A DNA stretch of 64,000 nucleotides from NCBI GenBank assembly GCA_043228905.1, contig JBHGNT010000002.1:3720001-3784000 (forward strand), given 5' to 3'. The stretch is from Azolla caroliniana. Lineage: Eukaryota; Plantae; Polypodiophyta. The notes beneath the pieces are model-generated. The model was given only the letters and a program-made list of their open reading frames with translations. It was not told the origin of the DNA and made no database searches. Shown piece by piece: positions 14,380-26,741 of this stretch. The stretch's first letter is position 1; every line of letters begins with the position of its first letter. The translations under genes were made by a program, and so were the position numbers.

Positions 14380-15385
14380 AAATTTGTTCTTATGTAGACA
14401 GTTGGTGGCAAATTCCACAACATCCTATCTTTTCATGCTGTTAGAAATAAGTGTTTGGCCCATAAAGGTACAAGCCATGCAAAAAGTATACAAGTATATT
14501 AGAAAAGACAAGAATATGTCTGATCATCGATTTCCAAAACAAGGTTGGAACATAGGATGCATGATACAAAAAACCAATAAGCGCAAATTATGAAATGGTT
14601 TAAAAAATAGGGAGTAAAAGATCTATTGGAGCTCTCTAGTGATGTTATGAAGTGTGTGATTGTCAACAATAGATTAATGGAGGCACTAAGGATGAAGTGG
14701 CAAAATGCTAAAATGTCAAAATTGGAATATACATTGCAAATGTTACCTCCAATGTTGGCCCCAATACAAGGTAAAAATGCTAGAATGTATCCAACCACAA
14801 TCTTATTACCCCCATAGCTCTCGAAGAGCTGTACTTCTTCAAACTCATTCACACAAGTTAGGTTTGGAGATAGGATCATGGCTTCATCACCCTAGTATGA
14901 AGATATGCAAGGTATACAATGAAAACACAACAAAGGATGAATATCACTTCTTGCATACACAATGTATAAGGTAATTCAGGAGAAGGGTCATAATTTAGTT
15001 ATTACATGGACACAGAAACTTACATGTCATAATCAAATCCTATTGACAAATTGGTTGAATGTATGTTATGAGTCTAGACTTCAAGGGGGTTGGAATAATT
15101 ACTATATGTTTGAGAATCAATGCAACCAAAGTGATACTCTAGGATGGAAAGTGAGCTTGATGCTATTCAATGTTATGGTGGTCAAGTGTTGCTTTACAAA
15201 GTGGAAGTGTCGGGTGACACTATCTCACTTAACACATGTAACAAAATAGATAAAATTTAAAAAATGTTCTTATGTAGAGAATTGAGGGAAAAATACTTAA
15301 CATCCAATTCTATCATGGTATTAGAAATAGGTGCTTCACCCATAGAGCTATATGCCATGAAAAGAGTTTACAAGTATAGTTTTTG
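14380..15385 (+). mobile_element. Degraded LINE 'family A' fragments (RT C-terminal region), two overlapping pieces
   Basis: Translations such as FLCRQLVANSTTSY..LEISVWPIKVQAMQKVYKY..MSDHRFPKQGWNIGC and QTHSHKLGLEIGSW..ICKVYNEN..KDEYHFL. Close nucleotide match to 42130-43290. Confidence 0.75.
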
Positions 15386-16341
15386 GGAGATTTGGATGTT
15401 GATCACAAGCTTCACCCTGCAGTATGTGTGGAAAACACATTGTCTAAAGGTCTTCCAATATCTGATATGTCCCCTAGAGGAATTGATCATGGATATTGGT
15501 TTACGATAATCACTTGCCTAAGATGGCAATTGGTCAAGGTTTGCGGCCACGTCGATGACGTGGTCACTGCCCACCAACGCTTTTGGCAAAAATGGAGGAA
15601 CACACTGGTGGTGACGCAAGGAGGTAATGGCCTGAGGTGGAACTACTAGCCCCACTGCTGCCTATTTCCTACTTACTTCCCTCCATTGAAGTCTAGAAGA
15701 TCGGGCTTGTGTTGGCCGGCGATGAATGTCATGAGTTTATAGCTCTAGGTACCTACTTACATTAAGTAGAAAGTATGAGAGAATATGTATGGTAGTCTCT
15801 TATTCTTGAACTCGCCTTGGGGGCCATTCACCATATAAGCCACCTTGTATAGTCTTTCTATAAAAATCTCTCCTAACTAATGGGAAAGTAGCACCTTTTT
15901 TGGAAAAAGAGAGAGTATACAGGTATATCAGAGATCATAGCTTGCCAAACAAGCTTGGAATATAGGATGCAAGGTATAAAGCACTAATACTTGAGCAAAA
16001 TACTCTCATGTAGTTGGGTGCTTGACATTATGAAATGTTAAGAAAAAGTATTCAAGCCTTGAAGTGATGCTATAAAGTATGTACTAATTAAGGATAAATT
16101 ATTAGAGGGACTAAGGATAAAGTGTCAAGACGCTTAAATGACAAAATTGAAATATTACATTGGAAATGTTAACCCCCAATATTGCCCCAATAGAAGGATT
16201 AAAATGCCAAAACCTATCCAATCACATATCACTACCACCATAAGCCTTGGCCCTCAGATCCTTAACACTTATTCGAACTCGTTGACACAAGTTCGGCATT
16301 GATGTGGCATAATTGCATCATCACCCAAACATGAATATATG

Positions 16342-16783
16342 TGTTGAGAGACAAGCTCAACATCGGTTGAAGAAGCCAAGAGCCGGATTGGATGAAGACT
16401 GATCAACTAGGCCCGAATTAGTTGAAGAAACCGAGAGCCGGATCGGACGAAGATTGATCGGCTAGGTTGAGCCGGATGGAATCCGACAGGTTGTTAAGGG
16501 GTTTATATTCCTATTTTAGTAAATATGAATATTATAGGTTGTTAGTGTTAGGCTCAATTAATGAGCATTCAAGTACTTGTCAGTACTTGTGTTAGCCCAC
16601 TCTTTAGGGTTTGTATAAAAAGTGCTCACTGAGCACATTGTATGTAGACAATGTTGTTATTGGAATTAAGTTTTCTTTATGTTTGCTCTCTCAGTCTCTC
16701 TCTCATACATTCTCTATGTTTACCTAACTGTTTGGTTCAGCCGATAGTGTCTATGTACAAGCTTCCACATCTTATTCTTTACA
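16342..16783 (+). repeat. 5' LTR of Copia element 1
   Basis: Starts tgttgagagacaagctcaaca, ends cttattctttaca, directly followed by the PBS. Matches 21455-21769. Confidence 0.92.
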
Positions 16784-19700
16784 TGGTATCAGAGCACGAG
16801 GGTTAGAAGAACCTTCTGCTGCTGACAACGTGAATCAACACAGAGACGAAGTTTTTTTTTCCGAACAACAAGAACATGGACAGAGGCATGACAACTCGCT
16901 TTCAATAGAAGCAATTATGCATCTTGGTCATACAAGATGCACCAACACCTGCTTGGGCACGGGTACTCGAGTTATGTTGAAGGAGCTAATGATGCAACAC
17001 AGAGATTTCCTGGCTTGGGAACAAGTCACGACTAGAGTTCTATACTGCTTTGCATCTTGTATGAGCGATCAACTATTGAGCTACATCTGGGACGTCAAGA
17101 CGTGAAGAGATGCGTGGACGAATCTGAAACGGATTTTCGCCGCTAGCACGACGGCTAGGAAACTGCAACTCAGACAAGAGCCGAGTAATGTCTGACAAAA
17201 GGATTAGTCGGTGGCCGATTACACATCCCAGATCAAAGAGATCTATAACTCCTTCGTCTCCAACAACGTGACTGTCGAGGAGGACGAAATGATGCAGGTC
17301 TGCCCTGGAGGGTTGACGTCAAATTTCGGAGCATTTTGAACGGTGGTCTACACGAGGGTGAATACGCCTTTGTTTTTCGAGCTATAATCAATGTTGCTCG
17401 TTGAAAAAAACCACATGGGTACGTCGACGAGCATGCACTATGATACACAAAGGCGGATCAACACACAATGGAGGCGGCTGACAAGAGCAGAACCAGAGGC
17501 ACAGAGGAAGTGTTGACAACAGTGGACCCTCCATGAGTAGGGGGAGTCAAGGTGGCGTTGGAAGCCGACAAGGGAAGGCCATTGTGGACTGCTGGTACTG
17601 TGGCCGGAACGGCCAAAACGAGAGCGAGTGTTGGAAGAAGCACACCGATTCAAACAGAGCCAAATCGCGTCGGCGTGATGAGATAGGCGTCATTGATCTG
17701 TCACAGACACACTGTCAAACTTTGCTGAGAAATGAAGCACAAGGCAAATCAGTTGGGAGTACATACCACAAAACCGAAAGAGGTATGGTACATTGATTCC
17801 GGAGTGTCAAATCATATGACAAACCATGTTGAATGATTCTTGAGCTTGGGAAAACCGGAACAGTTGGGAGTTGTCGAGACCGGTGACCACACCGTGCACC
17901 CCGCACCCCATTAAACACGTGGGTGATGTACTGCTTAGACATGTCAAACAAAAGGGGCTGATGCGGAACATGCTACATGTTCTGACAATTGCAAAGAACT
18001 TGGTATCCGTCGGATAGATTGTTGATTAGCGTGTGGAAGTTTGACTTAATCACCACGACCGCTTCATCAAAGACGGCGGCAGGTTGATAGCGCGAGGGCG
18101 CAGAGATGGGAGAATGTTTATCCTTGAAACAAATGATGTTGGTGGTACAATGTTCACAAAAGGACAAAAGGTCGAATTCAACATCGACCTGTGGCACAAG
18201 AGAATCGACCACATCAATTATCAGAATCTTCAAGAACTCCAGTCGAAATAGGTGGTTTCTGGATTGCTAAAGTTCAGTGGCCAGAAGGCCCAGATATGTG
18301 AAGCTTGTCAACTTGGGAAGCAACATAGGCTTCCATTCCCCAATAAAAAGAATCAGACTTGGAATCGACTTGATCTTGTCCACACAAATGTATGGGGACC
18401 GACAAGTTGTGTGAGCATGGGCGAGAGTCTTCATCCACGACTATATCATGCATGTATCAATCTATGTTTGCCAGCATTGCATATGTGCACATGCTAGATG
18501 AGAAACTAAAGAAGATGGATGCCAAGGCCGAGAAGTGTATCTTGGTCAGCTACTCGCAGGAGCAAAAGGGGTACAAGTGCTACAACCCCCCAAACGAAGC
18601 AAGTGTGGGTGAGCCGTGATGTCGTCTTTGACGAATCAACGTCTTGGAACTCCCTTCAGTCTCCGACTCCCAAAGACTCCGAGCCGATTGTTGGGGATGA
18701 GGCCAGTGAGGCCGAGATGCCCCTAGATGAAGAAGAAATAAAAACTCAAGAGGAGAGTCCAATCTCATTTCGGTTGAGTGGGCCGATTGAGGGGCTGGTT
18801 GAGCCAAAACGGTCAACTGGATGAAGAGTTGACGTGTAGCGAAGACTCGATCACGTAGTCCCCGTGTCAAAAGTTGAGGAGACGGCTTATGCGCAAGGAG
18901 AAGGGGAAAAAGAAGATGCCAAGATACGACACAAAGGTTGACGCATCAGATCGGCGTGAGTCTGACACGACTTAGAGCGATAAGGAACCTCCAGAGATGA
19001 GGTCTGACGCGGCCAAGAGGGCCATAAAATCGGCGAACCAGAAGTTGCGCCGATCCACCAGCCAGAAGAACCTTGTAATCCAGTACACGTACAATGAGTA
19101 TATGGCGCACCACTATGCATACATGGTGAAGGTGGTAGAAGTGCGTGAGCCGGAGAGCTATGCAAAGGCAGCGAAGGATGCCATGGCGGAAGGTCATGGA
19201 GGAAATGATGCACACAAAATGAGACTTGGGACCTGGTTGACACCCCAAGGGTGTAAATCTAATTGGATGCAGATGGGTATACAAGGTCAAGTACAATGCC
19301 GACGACTCCGTCAACGGGTACAAGACCCGGTTGGTGGCCAAGGGCTGCGCACAACAACATGACATCGACTACGATGAGACATTTGTGTTGGTTGCCAATA
19401 TGACAACTGTCCAGGTGTTGTTGGCGGTGGTTGCGGGAAAGGGATGGCATCTACACCAGATGGACGTCAAGAACGCGTTCTTGCAAGGAGAGCTTGAGGA
19501 ATAAGGGTATATGGTGCAACCTCCCAGTTTTCAGTCCCGATTGAACATGTCAGCCGTTTGCTAACTAAAAAAGTCGTTGTATGGATTAAAGCAAGCCCCG
19601 TGTGCCTGGAATGCGAAGATTACGCAACAAATGCGTTCGATGGGGTTGCTCCGTCAAAGTTGGACCCATCATTGTTCATCCAGTAGGGTCAGAATGAGCC

Positions 19701-21454
19701 AATATGTATTTTGCTCTACGTTGATGATTTAGTCATCGCCGACGTTGACCTTGAAGAAATCGACCACATGAAAGCCCAACTTGCGGCATCATTTGAGATG
19801 AAGGATTTGGGGGACCTTCATTACTTCCTCGGCAGCTAGAAAGGCATACTAATAAGCCTAAGACATTATGTGTTGAGTATGTTCTTCAAGTTTGGAATGG
19901 CGGATTGTAAATCCGTTTCAACTCCACTAGACAGAAACGTTAAGCTTCATCAAGGATCTGGAGCGGCGTGCAATGCGACACGGTTTCGACAAATTGTGAG
20001 AAGCCTCATCTACTTGACTATTACCTGACCAAACCTAAGCTATCCGGTTGGCTTGATTAGTCAATTCATGTTGCAGCCGATTGTCAAACACCTTTAGTGT
20101 GCGCATAGGATCCTGAGATATGTCTGTGGCACTGAGGATAGAGCATTGCTATATCGGGCAGGTGTAGTCAAACAACTAGTCGACTACACATATGTTGATT
20201 GGGCCGAAAATGCTAGCGATCGCCGATCGACATTGAGCTATGTGTTCTCCCTGGGGAGTGTGGCGATTGCTTGGAGCAGTAAAAAGCAGCCAACAGTGGC
20301 ACTGTCAAGCATGGAGGTCGAATACTGAGGAGCGGTTGTTGCAACGTGCAAAGCCATTTGGCTCAAACGACTACTAAGGGATCTGCAAATAGAGGTGTCC
20401 GAGTCGACAGTCATATACTGTGACAACCTCAACAACATCCAACTCGTTAAAACCCCGTCTTCCATGCCCAGACGAAGCACATTGAGGTGCACTATCACTT
20501 CGTCAGCGAGCGAGCTCTCCGGTGAAGTCGAACTTGTGCATGTGCCGATGAATCGGCAAGTTGCCACTATTTTCACCAAACATCTCGGCCTGGACAAGTT
20601 GCGGCAATTCTTGACTATGCTTGGTCTATAGCATCTCGACTGGCCAAACTTGAGGGGAAGAAGTGAAAGCCGAAGCAATGGCGAGAGGGGGAGAGATGTC
20701 CAAGGATCTGGTTCAAATGAGGAATTCGAGTTTAGAACGACTGAAGAAGTTGGAACGTCTGGATCGGCTGAAGAAGCCAAGTACATGACAGACGTGTGGA
20801 CATATGGAAGAAAATCGGCTAAGTGGAGATTAGCCAGATGTAGGGGGAGCGGCCGAAAGAACGGACTGAAGCTAGAGTCGATCGAACAAGGGGGAGACAT
20901 AGCCAAAAAGGGCAGAGCCAACCAAGTGAAGGCTAAGACCAACCCATGGGCAAGGGCAAAAAAGAAGGTGAATTGAAGACAACTTATTCGGTCAAGGACA
21001 GATGGAAGAAAATCGGCTAAGTGGAGATTAGCCAGATGTAGGGGGAGCGGCCAAAAGAACGGACTGAAGCTAGAGTCGATCGAACAAGGGGGAGATAGAG
21101 CCAAAAAGGGCATAGTCGACCAAGTGAAGGCTAGGACCAAGACATGGGCAAGGGCCAAAAAGAAGGTGAATCGGAGAGAATTTATTCGGTTGAGTAGTAT
21201 GATTCGGACGAGCCGAATCATGGAGATGCCAAATGAACTAAAAGGCCAAAGACGACGTCGATGGGAGTGTCGACGGGTCGGAGAGCGCCGAAGTCGTAGA
21301 GGTAAGAAGGAGGTCGATAAGCCGACCGAGCAAGTCAAGTAGTGCGGACCAGACGGGTCACTGAGCGCAAGCAAGAAGGCAAGCAACCATGAGATGCTGG
21401 AGCGGTGGACGAGCTAGAGCTAACGAGGAACCTCAAGTTGAGCTTGAGGGGGAG

Positions 21455-21769
21455 CGTTGAGACTCGAGAGACAAGCTCAACATGGGCTAGATCGGCTGAA
21501 GAAACCAAGAGCTAGATCAGATGAAGAAGCCGAGAGCCAAATCCGACATGCCGTAAGGGGTCTAGATTCCTATTTTAGTAAATAGGAATATTATAGGTTG
21601 TTAGTGTCAGACTTACTTAATGAGCATTCAAGTACTTGTCAATACTTGTGTCAGCCCACTCTTCAGGGTCTATCTCTCTCACACACATTCTTTGTGTTTA
21701 CCTAATTGTTTTCACTGTTCGGCTTAGCTGATTGTGTCTATGTACAAGCTGCACATCTTATTCTCTACA
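21455..21769 (+). repeat. 3' LTR of Copia element 1 (internally deleted, TG mutated to CG at the start)
   Basis: Follows the PPT, ends cttattctctaca plus TSD ATATG. Lacks the ~16615-16690 segment of the 5' LTR. Confidence 0.9.
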
Positions 21770-22080
21770 ATATGCAATGAAAACATAATGAAGGATGAGT
21801 ATCTCTTACTTATCACATGCGTGACATATAAGGTAATTCATGAGAAATAATATGACTTGTTAAATGGCATGATGATTTGAGTGTCATACTTAAAATTTCC
21901 ACCAAGAAGTGTGAGCACGTGTGCGTGCATTAATTTCATATATGGAGTTTTTAATGCAGAGTGGTAAGCCCCCTTCATAGCAAAGAGGTGCATACACGAT
22001 GCTATGTTGATTTGGTCCCATAAATCAAATGTGGCCTCATCATGGAAGATAAATCTTCTATTCTATTCTCTTTCTCTCTT

Positions 22081-22752
22081 TATTGTAATTAGCTTACCTT
22101 TGTGGTAAGTTGTATACACTACTACCACTACATCTTGGGTTCAAAACCCAATTGTCTCAGAATGTAGGGGTTAAACCCATGACCACTTGGTCTCCATTGG
22201 GTAACCTTACCATCTGAGCTCTCTTTCTTTTATCGTAATTAGCTTACCCTATTGGTAAGTTGTTACACTACCACAAGCCACTACATCTTGGGTCCAAAAC
22301 CCAATTGTCTCACCTCTCTATTACACTATATATATTTTCTCTTATTTCACTAGATGCCACTGGAATGGAGGGGTTGAACCCATGACCATCTTGTCTCCAT
22401 TGGACAACCTTACCATATGAGCTCTCTTTTATCGTAATTAGCTTACCCTATTGGTAAGTTGTTACACTACTACAAGCCACTAGGTCTTGGGTTCGAAACC
22501 AATTTTACTCACCGCTCTATTATATACTCCATTAATATCTCTTAATTCACTAGATGCCACTATAGAACGTAGGGGTTGAACCCATGACCACCTAGTCTCC
22601 ATTGGGCAACCTTACCAACTAAGGTACATCCATCTGGGCTCTCTTTCTCTCTTTTATCGTAATTAGCTTACCCTATTGGTAAGTTGTTACACTACCACAA
22701 GCCCACTAGGTCTTGGGTTCAAAACCAATTTTACTCACCGCTCTATTATATA
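22081..22752. repeat. Tandem array (left part), ~150-225-bp unit containing tRNA-like/SINE modules on both strands
   Basis: Units start at about 22081, 22230, 22430 and 22655 with tatcgtaattagcttaccctattggtaagttg. Complete units include ggggttgaacccatgaccac..gtctccattgg.caaccttacca. Confidence 0.88.
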
Positions 22753-22786
22753 CATAGTACGTAAAATTTGTGTTCGTCTAGTATAA

Positions 22787-25700
22787 ATGCGTCTGACAAC
22801 AAGGACTTGACGCGGTTGATTTCTGGAACACCTGGTCCGGTGATGACTAGATCATCAACATACAACAGTATACATACCGGGCCGGCGGAGCCTTGTCGGT
22901 TGAACAACGAAGAGTCCGATTTGGAGGCCACAAACCCCATCTTACACAACCGGTGCGTGATCTTCGCATTCCAAGCTCGAGGGGCTTGCTTCAGGCCGTA
23001 CAATGACTTCTTCAGCTAGCATACCGCCGACTTGTTCATCTCTGATTGAAAGCCGGGGGGCTGAGTCATAAAGACTTCTTCTTCAAGATCACCCTGAAGA
23101 AACGCATTCTTCACATCCATCTGGTGAAGATGCCACCCCCTTGTTGCAGCAACCGCCAACACTACACGAACCGTCGTCAACTTCGCTACCGGAGCGAAGG
23201 TCTCGTCGTAGTCGATTCCGTGGGTCTGCGCGTATCCCTTCGCCACTAACCGGGCTTTATACCGGTTAACAGAACCGTCAGCGTTGTACTTTACTTTGTA
23301 TATCCACTTGCATCCGATCGGTTTACAGTGACGAGGAGAGTCAACCAGGTCCCATGTCTTGTTGACATCAAGTGCCCGCATTTCTTCCTCCATAGCGGCA
23401 CGCCAATTTGCGTCGGTGGCCGCTTCTGCGTAGCTCTCCGGCTCACGCACTTCCGCGACCTTAGTCATGTACGCATAGTGATGCGCCATGTACTCATTGT
23501 ACTCGTACCGCTTGACGGGATCCTTCTGGCAGGTGGACCGGCGTAGCTCACCGTTACCTAGTTTGAGGCCCTTCTTGGCCGGTTCGGTCTTCGTTGCCGA
23601 AGATCCGCCTTTCTCCTTGCCGGAGTTGGATGCACACCGATCCGACTCATCGTTGCCAGTTTCGAATTCCGGCATCTTCTTCTTCCCCTTCTCTTTGCGC
23701 GTGAACCATCTCCTAGGTTCCTTGCGCGGGGAGTGCACGATAGAGTCTCCACTACTCGCCAGTTCCTGATCGAACTGGTTAGATTGACTCTGTCTCTCGT
23801 TCGGCCCGCTCAGCCGGAACGATTCATCATCCTCTACCTAGGCCGGTTCAGGCTCACTAGTCTCATCCTCCGGCATCGGGTCAGATTCAGAGGTCGGAGT
23901 TGGTAAGGAGTACCGCGATGCCGATTCATCGAACTCGACATCTCGACTAACTCGGACCTGCTTTGTCCGGGGGTTATAACACTAATAACCCTTTTGCTCT
24001 TGAGCATAGCCGACTAGGATGCATTTTTTCGATTTTGCATCCAGTTTCCTCTGCTTCTCATCTGGTACATGCACATATGCAATGCTACTGAAGATCTTAA
24101 GGTGTCTCAAATTCGGCTTGTGCCCGAAGTACAGCTCGTGAGCTGACACCTTGTCACCGATCCGATTCTAGATGTAGACAGCTGTTTGGACTGCCTCCAC
24201 CCAGTAGAATTTGGGCATGCTCTTCTCCTCTAGCATTGCCCTTGCCGCATCAATGAGCGACCGGTTCTTTCTCTCGGCAACACCATTTTCTTGCAGTGTG
24301 TATCTGCAGCTGAACTCTCACCGAATTCCCGTTTGCTGCAGATAACTGTTGAATTGGCCGGAAAAGTATTCTTTCCCGCCATCCGACCGCAGGCATTTGA
24401 TCTTCCTCTCCGATTCCCGTTCCACCATGCTTTGGAGACTCCGGAAACACTCAAAGACTTCACTCTTCCGCTCAATGAGGTAGATCCATGTGTGCCACGT
24501 ATAGTCGTCAATGAAGGAGACAAAATATCGACTCCCGCCAATACTAACATTCTGTGTCGGTCCCCACACATCCGAATGGATAAGGTCGAGCTTGTTATGG
24601 CTCTGGTTCCGTTCGGTGGGGAATGGAAGCTGGTGTTGCTTCCTGAGTTGGCAGGCTTCACATACTTGGGCCTTCTGGCCGCTGAACTTCGGCAAACCGA
24701 AAACAACTTTTTTCGTTTGCAGGTCTTGAAGCCTCCGGTAATTGACGTGGCATATCCGCTTGTGCCACAGGTCGATGTCCGATTCGACCTTCTGTCCTTT
24801 TGCAAACAGAGAGGTGCCAACGTCATTGGTGTTGAGGATAAACATCCTCCCGTCTCTACGTCCTTGCGCAATAATCTGGCCCTCTTCCTCGATGAAGCAC
24901 CCAAGGTGCGTAAACCGCACCTGCATCCCTTGGTCGACGACCTGTTCGACCGACACTAGGTTCTTCATGATTGTCGGAACGTGTAATACGTTCATCAGCT
25001 TCCCCTTCTGTCCGATGTGGCTCAAAGGGACTTGTCCGACATGCACAATTGGGTGAGGAGTGTCGTCTCCGGTTTCCACTACTCTTGGTTGATCCGGTTT
25101 CTCCAAAAAGGAGAACCACTCTTTGTGGTTCGTCATGTGGTTCGACGCACCGGAATCAACATACCACACTTCCTCCGATTTGGAAGTGGTCTTCTTCATC
25201 GAGTTCGCCTCGTGCTTCATCACCAAGGCTGGCCCGTTGTCGTTCTTGGATCCTCCCGATCCCTTCGCGTAGTGTGAGCTTTGCCGGCCATCCTTGCCGG
25301 CCTTGCCGGATCCGGATTTATCCGAATCGGCTCGTTTTCTCCAGCACTCGCTTTGTCTGTGGCCCTTTTTGCCACAATACCAGCATTCCGTAGCAGATTT
25401 GTCTTGCCAGCCTCCGGCACGACCTTGACTCCCCCTACCTGTGGAAGTCTCGGAACTGCTATCGGCATGTTCTCTGTGCGTTCGTTCTTGCTCTTGCCGG
25501 CTGCCTCCATTGCGTGCCAACCCGCCTCGTCCACCACGCCCACGGGACCGATCCGCCTCCGTGTACAGCGTCCGGTTGTCAATGGGTGCGCTAGTTGACG
25601 CACCGGCGTGGTTCTCCTCTACAAGGAGCATCGACTGTAAGTCAAAAAATGACGACGTATTCTCCCTTGTACACACCGCCGTTCGGAACGCTCTGAACTT

Positions 25701-26655
25701 AGATGCCAGGCCCCCAAGACAGACCTGTACCATCTCGTCTTCCTCTACGGTAATGTTGATAGAGGCAACTGAGTCACATATCTCTTTGATCCGGGCCATG
25801 TAATCCGCCACCGACATGTAATGTCGGAGTTGCAGCTTCCGGGCTGTAGTGCTCGCGGCGAAAACTTTCTTTAGGTTCCCCCAAGCCTCCTTCGGCGTCT
25901 TGGCGTCTCGGATGTGGCTCAGCAGCTGGTCTCCGACACTGGACGCGAAGCAGTACATCACTCTGCTTGCCGATTGTTCCCACATTGGGAAGTCCTTATA
26001 TGCCGCATCAGGTGTTGTTTCGTTGGCTCCTTCAACGAAACTCCAATAGCCATGCCCAAGCAGGTACTGGTGCATCTTATACGACCAAGATGCATCGTTG
26101 GATCTGTCGAGTTTCTTCACAAGGAGTGAGCTAGCCATTCCTCTATCCATCACTTCTCTGTCTGTTGTTTTACGACCTGTTAGGGTTTACTTTCAAGCAT
26201 TTGTTGGCTGCAGAGGAGGTTCTCAACCCTCGCGCTCTGATACCATGTAAATGATTTGTAAACGATTACTTGCGGAAGCGTTAGAAAACAGAGAAATTAG
26301 GGAATAAACAGAGTACACGGGAGAGACAGAGAGAGCAGAATGTAAAAGCTATATTCAAAAACAATATAATCACTCTGTGTCTTACAACTATGCTTTGTAG
26401 CATTATTTATACAAGTCCTCGTGGGACTGACAAAAGTATCGCGTACTTCAATGCTGACACGAGCATCTGACACTTACTACGAGACTATAATTGCCTAGTA
26501 GTCTACACTAATACTAGGCTACCGGTTATTGATTGGATCCGGCTAACCGGCTCCCCAGCTCACCGGCTCTGTTGCTCAAGGCTTATCGATCCATCTCGCT
26601 TGCCGGCTCATGCTTATCCAGCCAATCCGGCTCCAGTTGAGCTTGCCGTTCAACA
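22787..26655 (-). mobile_element. Ty1/Copia LTR retrotransposon, 3'-truncated within RT
   Basis: 5' LTR 26246-26655; PBS (reverse complement gctctgatacca) 26234-26245; gag-protease-integrase ORF 24318-26153; RT segments 23016-23738 ([36 protein letters not shown]) and 22787-23003 (YGLKQAPRAW, LLYVDDL). No RNase H or 3' LTR. Confidence 0.95.
24318..26153 (-). CDS. Copia Gag-Pol polyprotein fragment (Gag, CCHC knuckle, protease, integrase N-terminal part)
   Basis: 611-aa ORF with CWYCGKKGHRQSEC, WYVDSGASNHM, LWHKRICH..CEACQLRKQH, LIHSDVWGP..FVSFIDDY and LRSDGGKEY. Ends at a premature stop. Confidence 0.88.
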   Translation of the reverse strand: MMDRGMASSLLVKKLDRSNDASWSYKMHQYLLGHGYWSFVEGANETTPDAAYKDFPMWEQSASRVMYCFASSVGDQLLSHIRDAKTPKEAWGNLKKVFAASTTARKLQLRHYMSVADYMARIKEICDSVASINITVEEDEMVQVCLGGLASKFRAFRTAVCTRENTSSFFDLQSMLLVEENHAGASTSAPIDNRTLYTEADRSRGRGGRGGLARNGGSRQEQERTHREHADSSSETSTGRGSQGRAGGWQDKSATECWYCGKKGHRQSECWRKRADSDKSGSGKAGKDGRQSSHYAKGSGGSKNDNGPALVMKHEANSMKKTTSKSEEVWYVDSGASNHMTNHKEWFSFLEKPDQPRVVETGDDTPHPIVHVGQVPLSHIGQKGKLMNVLHVPTIMKNLVSVEQVVDQGMQVRFTHLGCFIEEEGQIIAQGRRDGRMFILNTNDVGTSLFAKGQKVESDIDLWHKRICHVNYRRLQDLQTKKVVFGLPKFSGQKAQVCEACQLRKQHQLPFPTERNQSHNKLDLIHSDVWGPTQNVSIGGSRYFVSFIDDYTWHTWIYLIERKSEVFECFRSLQSMVERESERKIKCLRSDGGKEYFSGQFNSYLQQTGIR

Positions 26656-26741
26656 ATAGTTAATCCAAAAGTATGGTATTTATCATTCTTTGAGGGTGTT
26701 TCTCTTTCGCGAATGCGAATGCACGTATGGTTCATACTATG

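Larger units (their letters stand above)
16342..21769 (+). mobile_element. Ty1/Copia LTR retrotransposon with both LTRs, coding region degenerate
   Basis: 5' LTR 16342-16783 (TG...CA); PBS TGGTATCAGAGC (tRNA-iMet) 16784-16795; gag zinc knuckle CWYCGRNGQNESEC; protease WYIDSG; GAG-pre-integrase CEACQLGKQHR; integrase core largely deleted; RT LLYVDDL; RNase H DRRST..WSSKKQ; PPT gagggggag at about 21446; 3' LTR 21455-21769; 5-bp TSD ATATG at 16337-16341 and 21770-21774. Many stops and frameshifts. Confidence 0.95.
15915..22075 (+). mobile_element. LINE family A 3' fragment split by a Copia insertion (15915-16341 and 21770-22075), ending in a (TTCTA)n tail
   Basis: Sequence either side of the Copia joins to match 42985-43050 (catcaccc..atgaa..atg|caatgaaaacata.tgaaggatga). 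The tail ataaatcttctattctattctc matches the tail at 43272. Confidence 0.75.
22753..26741. mobile_element. Non-autonomous TIR element (CATAGTA...TACTATG) split by a Copia insertion; ends at 22753-22786 and 26656-26741
   Basis: Both pieces match the two ends of the uninterrupted copy at 60606-60880 (catagtacgtaaaatt.gtgttcgt.tagtataa; atagttaatccaaaagtatggtatttatcattctttgagggtg...gtatggttcatactatg). Confidence 0.85.

Noticed and set aside
24230-25803. Alternative-frame and antisense ORFs of 100-224 aa over Copia 2
   Set aside because: Shadows of the GC-rich gag-pol frame with no recognisable motifs.
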